DNA of 64,000 nt from SAR324 cluster bacterium (GTDB lineage: Bacteria > SAR324 > NAC60-12): positions 3,059 through 67,058 of the forward strand of contig JAQWOT010000201.1 of the NCBI GenBank assembly GCA_029245725.1. The letters are read 5' to 3'. Positions 60,215 through 64,000 of the stretch are shown piece by piece. Made by a program: the position numbers and the translations under genes. Numbering within the stretch: position 1 is the stretch's first letter; every line of letters starts with the position of its first letter. Under the pieces are notes generated by a model, which made no database searches, was not told where the DNA came from, and worked only from the letters and a program-made list of their open reading frames with translations.

Positions 60215-62194
60215 TCAGTGTTGGACTTCTGGCCTTTTCACCAGATCATACAGTCTTGCACCGATGAAGATTTCAAGTAATTCAGGATCAATATGATTGT
60301 CTTTGGCTTCAAAGCCCAAAATTTTTAGTGCCCGTTCAGCAGGCATCGCTTTTTTGTAAGGGCGATCCCAAGCAGTCAGCGCATCATAGATGTCAGCAAT
60401 GGTCATCATCTTTGATTGCAGTGGAATTTTATCACCAGACAGTTTGCGTGGGTAGCCTTTGCCGTTCATTTTTTCGTGATGTGCGTAGGCAATGTCTGGA
60501 ACATCCTCTAGGTGTTCGGACCAAGGAATGATTCTTAGAAAATTGTAAGTATGCGTGACGTGTGACTCGATTTCATCACGATCCCGTTGGTTTAAGGATC
60601 CTTTGGGTACAGAAAGTGAGGCGGCTTCATCTATTGAAAGATACGAAACTGGTAAGCCAGTCGAAGGATGTGGGAAGGTTTGTGCCGCTATGACTTGCAA
60701 CTGATCAAATCCTCCCTGGTCCAGAACAGTTGGTTCGTTGCATCGAATGATGAACTTTAGCTGATCATCCAATTGCAAAAGTCGTTCATTCATCTCTTGT
60801 TGAGTCAACTCTACTTGTTGAAATGAGTTCTCTTGAGATTCTTCCAGCAAGTAATTCAGTTGCTTACGAGTATATTGAAGTTCAGTCGCCATCCGGATCA
60901 GATGGAAACGATCCATGACTGCTTGCTGCTCTTCTAGATAAAGTTTCTTAGATTTGACCAGTACTTTCTCACGTACGCCAATTTTGCCGAAATCGTGAAG
61001 GAGAGAGGCATAGCGAATCGTGTTGAATTGATCTGGGTTATAGCTGACATCAGCAAAACGACCCTCGGACAGCGAACTCACCGTTTCTGCTAGAGCTACG
61101 GTGAGCGTGGCAACTCGACTTGAATGTCCGGAAGTCGTTGGGTCTCTAGATTCAATGGCCTTCACACTCGCATTGATGAAACCATCGAATAGAATTTGGA
61201 TAGACTCCAGTAAGGAGGCATTTCTGACCGCAACTGTTGCCTGGGATGCTAGAGATTCCATTAAACGCATGTGGTAATCACTGAATGGAACGACTATTTG
61301 GTCAACATCTTCTTCAGTATATAGAACAGCATCTCCGTCGATCTTGCAATTGATGAGCTGAATCACACCAAGGACTTCACCACGCTCATTACACATTGGG
61401 ACGGCAAGCATTGAGCGAGTCTTATAGTTCTGCTGCTCATCGAATTCACGACCACCCCAGACCAGATTAGAATCATGTAGTTCGTACACATCGTCGATCC
61501 GAATCGACTGGCTGGTGCGTGCCACATAGGCATTGACTGTGCTGAAGTCGAGAGGAAGAACTTTCGCCTGCAGTTGGGATGTGTCTCGTGAAAGATTGAG
61601 TGCGCTGTGGAAGCAAATTTGTTTGTTAGCGAGGTAGTTGCTCTGTTCGTGAGGAGTGTCTGGAATCTGCTCGATCAGGTAGATGCTGCATCCATCTGCG
61701 TTAGTGAGTTTCATCGCTTTCGCAGCGATCATACGCAGTAACTTATCCAGATCTTTTTCGCTGGATAGAGCGATCCCCAGCTCGTTCAACTCGGAGAGAA
61801 TCTCATCCGATTTGCTTACATTTGAATGTGTTCGAGTTCTATCATATAGGCGGTTGAAAAACTGCCTTAGCAGAAAATTCCAACGCGTAGGTGTCAAATA
61901 AGCTAGGGGATACCATTCAATCGAAGGATGTTCTGGAGGTTCCGCAGCCAAGGTGGATCCCTCCTCCAAAACAACAATTCCTCCACCAGCCTGAAGATAA
62001 AGAGTCAGATGGGATTGCCACTGGAAAAGATCACGGCTACGCATAACAATCAAACAGGTTGTTCCCTCAGTTGTATGAGGTAGTTCTTCCAGTGAAGCAT
62101 AGGCAACGGAGGACACTCGTTGCAGTGGATCTGCAAGAAATTCCTGATGTAATTTATCTATACCCTGTGGATAGAACAGTCGGAAGTCAACCAT
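60215..62194 (-). CDS. GAF + HD-GYP cyclic-dinucleotide phosphodiesterase
   Basis: GAF (YKTRSMLAVPM..GVIQLIN), RDPTTSGHSSRV, LHDFGK, HHEKMNGKGYP, ADIYDALT..RPYK. Confidence 0.92.
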   Translation of the reverse strand: MVDFRLFYPQGIDKLHQEFLADPLQRVSSVAYASLEELPHTTEGTTCLIVMRSRDLFQWQSHLTLYLQAGGGIVVLEEGSTLAAEPPEHPSIEWYPLAYLTPTRWNFLLRQFFNRLYDRTRTHSNVSKSDEILSELNELGIALSSEKDLDKLLRMIAAKAMKLTNADGCSIYLIEQIPDTPHEQSNYLANKQICFHSALNLSRDTSQLQAKVLPLDFSTVNAYVARTSQSIRIDDVYELHDSNLVWGGREFDEQQNYKTRSMLAVPMCNERGEVLGVIQLINCKIDGDAVLYTEEDVDQIVVPFSDYHMRLMESLASQATVAVRNASLLESIQILFDGFINASVKAIESRDPTTSGHSSRVATLTVALAETVSSLSEGRFADVSYNPDQFNTIRYASLLHDFGKIGVREKVLVKSKKLYLEEQQAVMDRFHLIRMATELQYTRKQLNYLLEESQENSFQQVELTQQEMNERLLQLDDQLKFIIRCNEPTVLDQGGFDQLQVIAAQTFPHPSTGLPVSYLSIDEAASLSVPKGSLNQRDRDEIESHVTHTYNFLRIIPWSEHLEDVPDIAYAHHEKMNGKGYPRKLSGDKIPLQSKMMTIADIYDALTAWDRPYKKAMPAERALKILGFEAKDNHIDPELLEIFIGARLYDLVKRPEVQH

Positions 62195-62260
62195 GATCTG
62201 CAGATCTATGAAATCGAAGTGATTCTAAAACTATCTATTAAGAAAAGAAGATTCTCACAA

Positions 62261-63334
62261 TCAGACGGGTGCTGCAAGCGGAACATGCAGAGGTTGGCGC
62301 ATCAATCCAAGTCTTGCCGTTAATTGATCAAAATGTCCCACAGGAAGCCAGAGACGTTGAACATGATCTTGTCGCATTAGCCAGCGGATAAACTGCGAGT
62401 CTGGTGGCAAATCCTCGGTCAGTTGTTGTTGTTGTTTTTCTAGAAAGTTAGCCAAAAGCAAGGCATGCCGTTGACGTAATGTTTCTTCAAAAAGTCCCAT
62501 CAAGCCCATCAGTTCACGTTCAAAATGGTTGAATAATATTTTCGATTGTTCGAGCGATTGAGGGTTCTGTTGCTGTAATTTCCGAGTTTGATACTGAAAA
62601 ACAGGATACCAACTGTGGACCAAGTAATCATTCCATTCGGCGAGAGTCTGAATAATCTGCATTGCCTTCTGCAAAGGATCGGTCAGGCTGAAGTGCGAGG
62701 TGCTACCGACTTGTTGCAGCAGCAGATTAATTCTGAGTTCACAAAGTAACAGAGCTTGGAGGTAGTCACGCAGGTTCTGCTGATTCTCTTTAAAAAGTTT
62801 GTAGGTGGTAGTTGTAACGAACGGAGCATCAGGCCAGCCTTCCAAGCATTCAAGGAGTAGATCTGAAGACCAGCTTGAAATATTACCACTTTTCAGTGCT
62901 TGCCAAGTGAGATTTTGTGGAAGTACTCTGCTTGTCTTACTGTCAGGCTTTGAATCGTTTTCAACAACAATATCCCACCAGCCGACACCAAGCTCATGAG
63001 CTAGTTTTTCAGCAGAATCCTTAGTGCCCCACAGAATGATCCAGCAATGCTCTCGACGAACGTTTTGTGTGTTGAGCAGTTCTCCAAGGTTATTGGAAAT
63101 CGTGGTGACAGTAGTTGCATCTAGCATCAGCAGATTCCCACCCAGACTCAGGTACTGAAGCAAAGCCTCTTCAGACGCTTGCCAGCGGTAGGTCGAGAGT
63201 ACTAAACCCAGACGGAGACTTGGGAAGTGACCTTCTCTAATCAACCAGTCGCTGTGATAACCCAGTCTTTGCTGTGTTGCCTGTAGCTGCTGCAGGGCTT
63301 GTCTATACCGTTCCGCTTCAGCTACTGTGAGCAT
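62261..63334 (-). CDS. Hypothetical protein
   Basis: 357-aa ORF 9 nt downstream of ssb; helical, Leu/Gln-rich C-terminal half. Confidence 0.7.
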   Translation of the reverse strand: MLTVAEAERYRQALQQLQATQQRLGYHSDWLIREGHFPSLRLGLVLSTYRWQASEEALLQYLSLGGNLLMLDATTVTTISNNLGELLNTQNVRREHCWIILWGTKDSAEKLAHELGVGWWDIVVENDSKPDSKTSRVLPQNLTWQALKSGNISSWSSDLLLECLEGWPDAPFVTTTTYKLFKENQQNLRDYLQALLLCELRINLLLQQVGSTSHFSLTDPLQKAMQIIQTLAEWNDYLVHSWYPVFQYQTRKLQQQNPQSLEQSKILFNHFERELMGLMGLFEETLRQRHALLLANFLEKQQQQLTEDLPPDSQFIRWLMRQDHVQRLWLPVGHFDQLTARLGLMRQPLHVPLAAPV

Positions 63335-63343
63335 CGGAATTTG

Positions 63344-63841
63344 TCAGAACGGTACGTCGTCTTCAACATAAGGAGCGTTGTTTCCTTGATTGAAGTCATT
63401 ATTTGAGGTTTTGGATGATGGATTGCGACGGTTGTCCGAAGATCCTCCACTGGGATATTCATTACCGTAAACAGCTGGCCCATCGTCAACGCTTCCTCCA
63501 CTCCGTTCTGTCCCTTCTCGAGAATCTAAGAAGCGCACTTGATTTGCAACAATCTCTGTTCGATATTTTTTTTGCCCTTGCTGATCATCCCAACTGCGCG
63601 TCTGCAATTTGCCCTCAATATACACCATCGAACCTTTTTTCAGATAAGATTGTGCTTGATCAGCCAGGCGATCCCAGGCCACGATATCGTGCCATTCGGT
63701 TTTTTCCTGTCGTTGCCCCTGTTTGTCTCTCCAGTATTCAGAAGTCGCGATAGAAAATGAGGCTACAGCGTTGCCAGATTGAGTATATCGGATCTCTGGG
63801 TCACGACCCAGCCTGCCGATCAGCATAACTTTATTGAGCAT
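63344..63841 (-). CDS. ssb: Single-stranded DNA-binding protein
   Basis: [28 protein letters not shown], acidic tail DDVPF. Confidence 0.98.
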   Translation of the reverse strand: MLNKVMLIGRLGRDPEIRYTQSGNAVASFSIATSEYWRDKQGQRQEKTEWHDIVAWDRLADQAQSYLKKGSMVYIEGKLQTRSWDDQQGQKKYRTEIVANQVRFLDSREGTERSGGSVDDGPAVYGNEYPSGGSSDNRRNPSSKTSNNDFNQGNNAPYVEDDVPF

Positions 63842-63854
63842 ATGTTCTCCTTAT

Positions 63855-64000
63855 TTAGCGTTTTGACAGCAATCCCAAAGCTAGTCTGAGCTTGATTTCA
63901 AAGCCTTCTGCTTCTGGAGGAAGGCTTGCTAGCACGGTCAGAACCTCTTTTTCTGCAAAACCCATGTTTTTTAGGGCAGATTGTAGAGAGGCTGTTTCAC
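63855..64000 (-). CDS. ruvA: Probable RuvA C-terminal domain (gene begins beyond the window)
   Basis: Manual translation ETASLQSALKNMGFAEKEVLTVLASLPPEAEGFEIKLRLALGLLSKR* resembles RuvA domain III (AL..LGF...E...LR.AL..L). Confidence 0.6.
   Translation of the reverse strand, partial: ETASLQSALKNMGFAEKEVLTVLASLPPEAEGFEIKLRLALGLLSKR

Noticed and set aside
1532-63760. Numerous short antisense or alternate-frame ORFs in the track
   Set aside because: They lie within well-supported genes and show no recognisable motifs.

Overview
A gene-dense bacterial chromosome segment made mostly of core genes. Gene content suggests an aerobic deltaproteobacteria-like lineage, possibly SAR324 (inference, not checked). 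It runs from the 3' end of lon through thrS, asnS and prmA, a Grx4-rhodanese/IscA pair, and a cyoE-coxB-coxA-coxC-IV-coxC2 A1-type cytochrome c oxidase operon. It continues with argB, mltD, miaB, aminopeptidase P, an unusually long PBP1A, a HelD-like helicase plus vWA protein, ccmF/ccmG, a small copper/cytochrome cluster and an mpl-FGE-DUF4105 operon. It ends with a complete alternative complex III operon (actABCDEF), an M23 peptidase, a GAF-HD-GYP protein, ssb and the 3' end of ruvA. I found no rRNA, tRNA, CRISPR array, transposase, integrase or phage gene. Three genes are pseudogenes with nonsense codons and/or frameshifts: a ROK regulator, an alpha/beta hydrolase and a cytochrome c'-like protein. 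The best novelty candidates are (1) two paralogous TerB + PilZ-like proteins, one also fused to a DUF2225-like Zn/TPR module; (2) a surface protein with six Calx-beta-like repeats on a short barrel; (3) two micro-ORFs in the oxidase operon; (4) an ActB that keeps the N-terminal 4Fe-4S motif; and (5) a ~250-aa insertion in the PBP1A transpeptidase domain. All family calls come from motif recognition by eye; no database searches were run.
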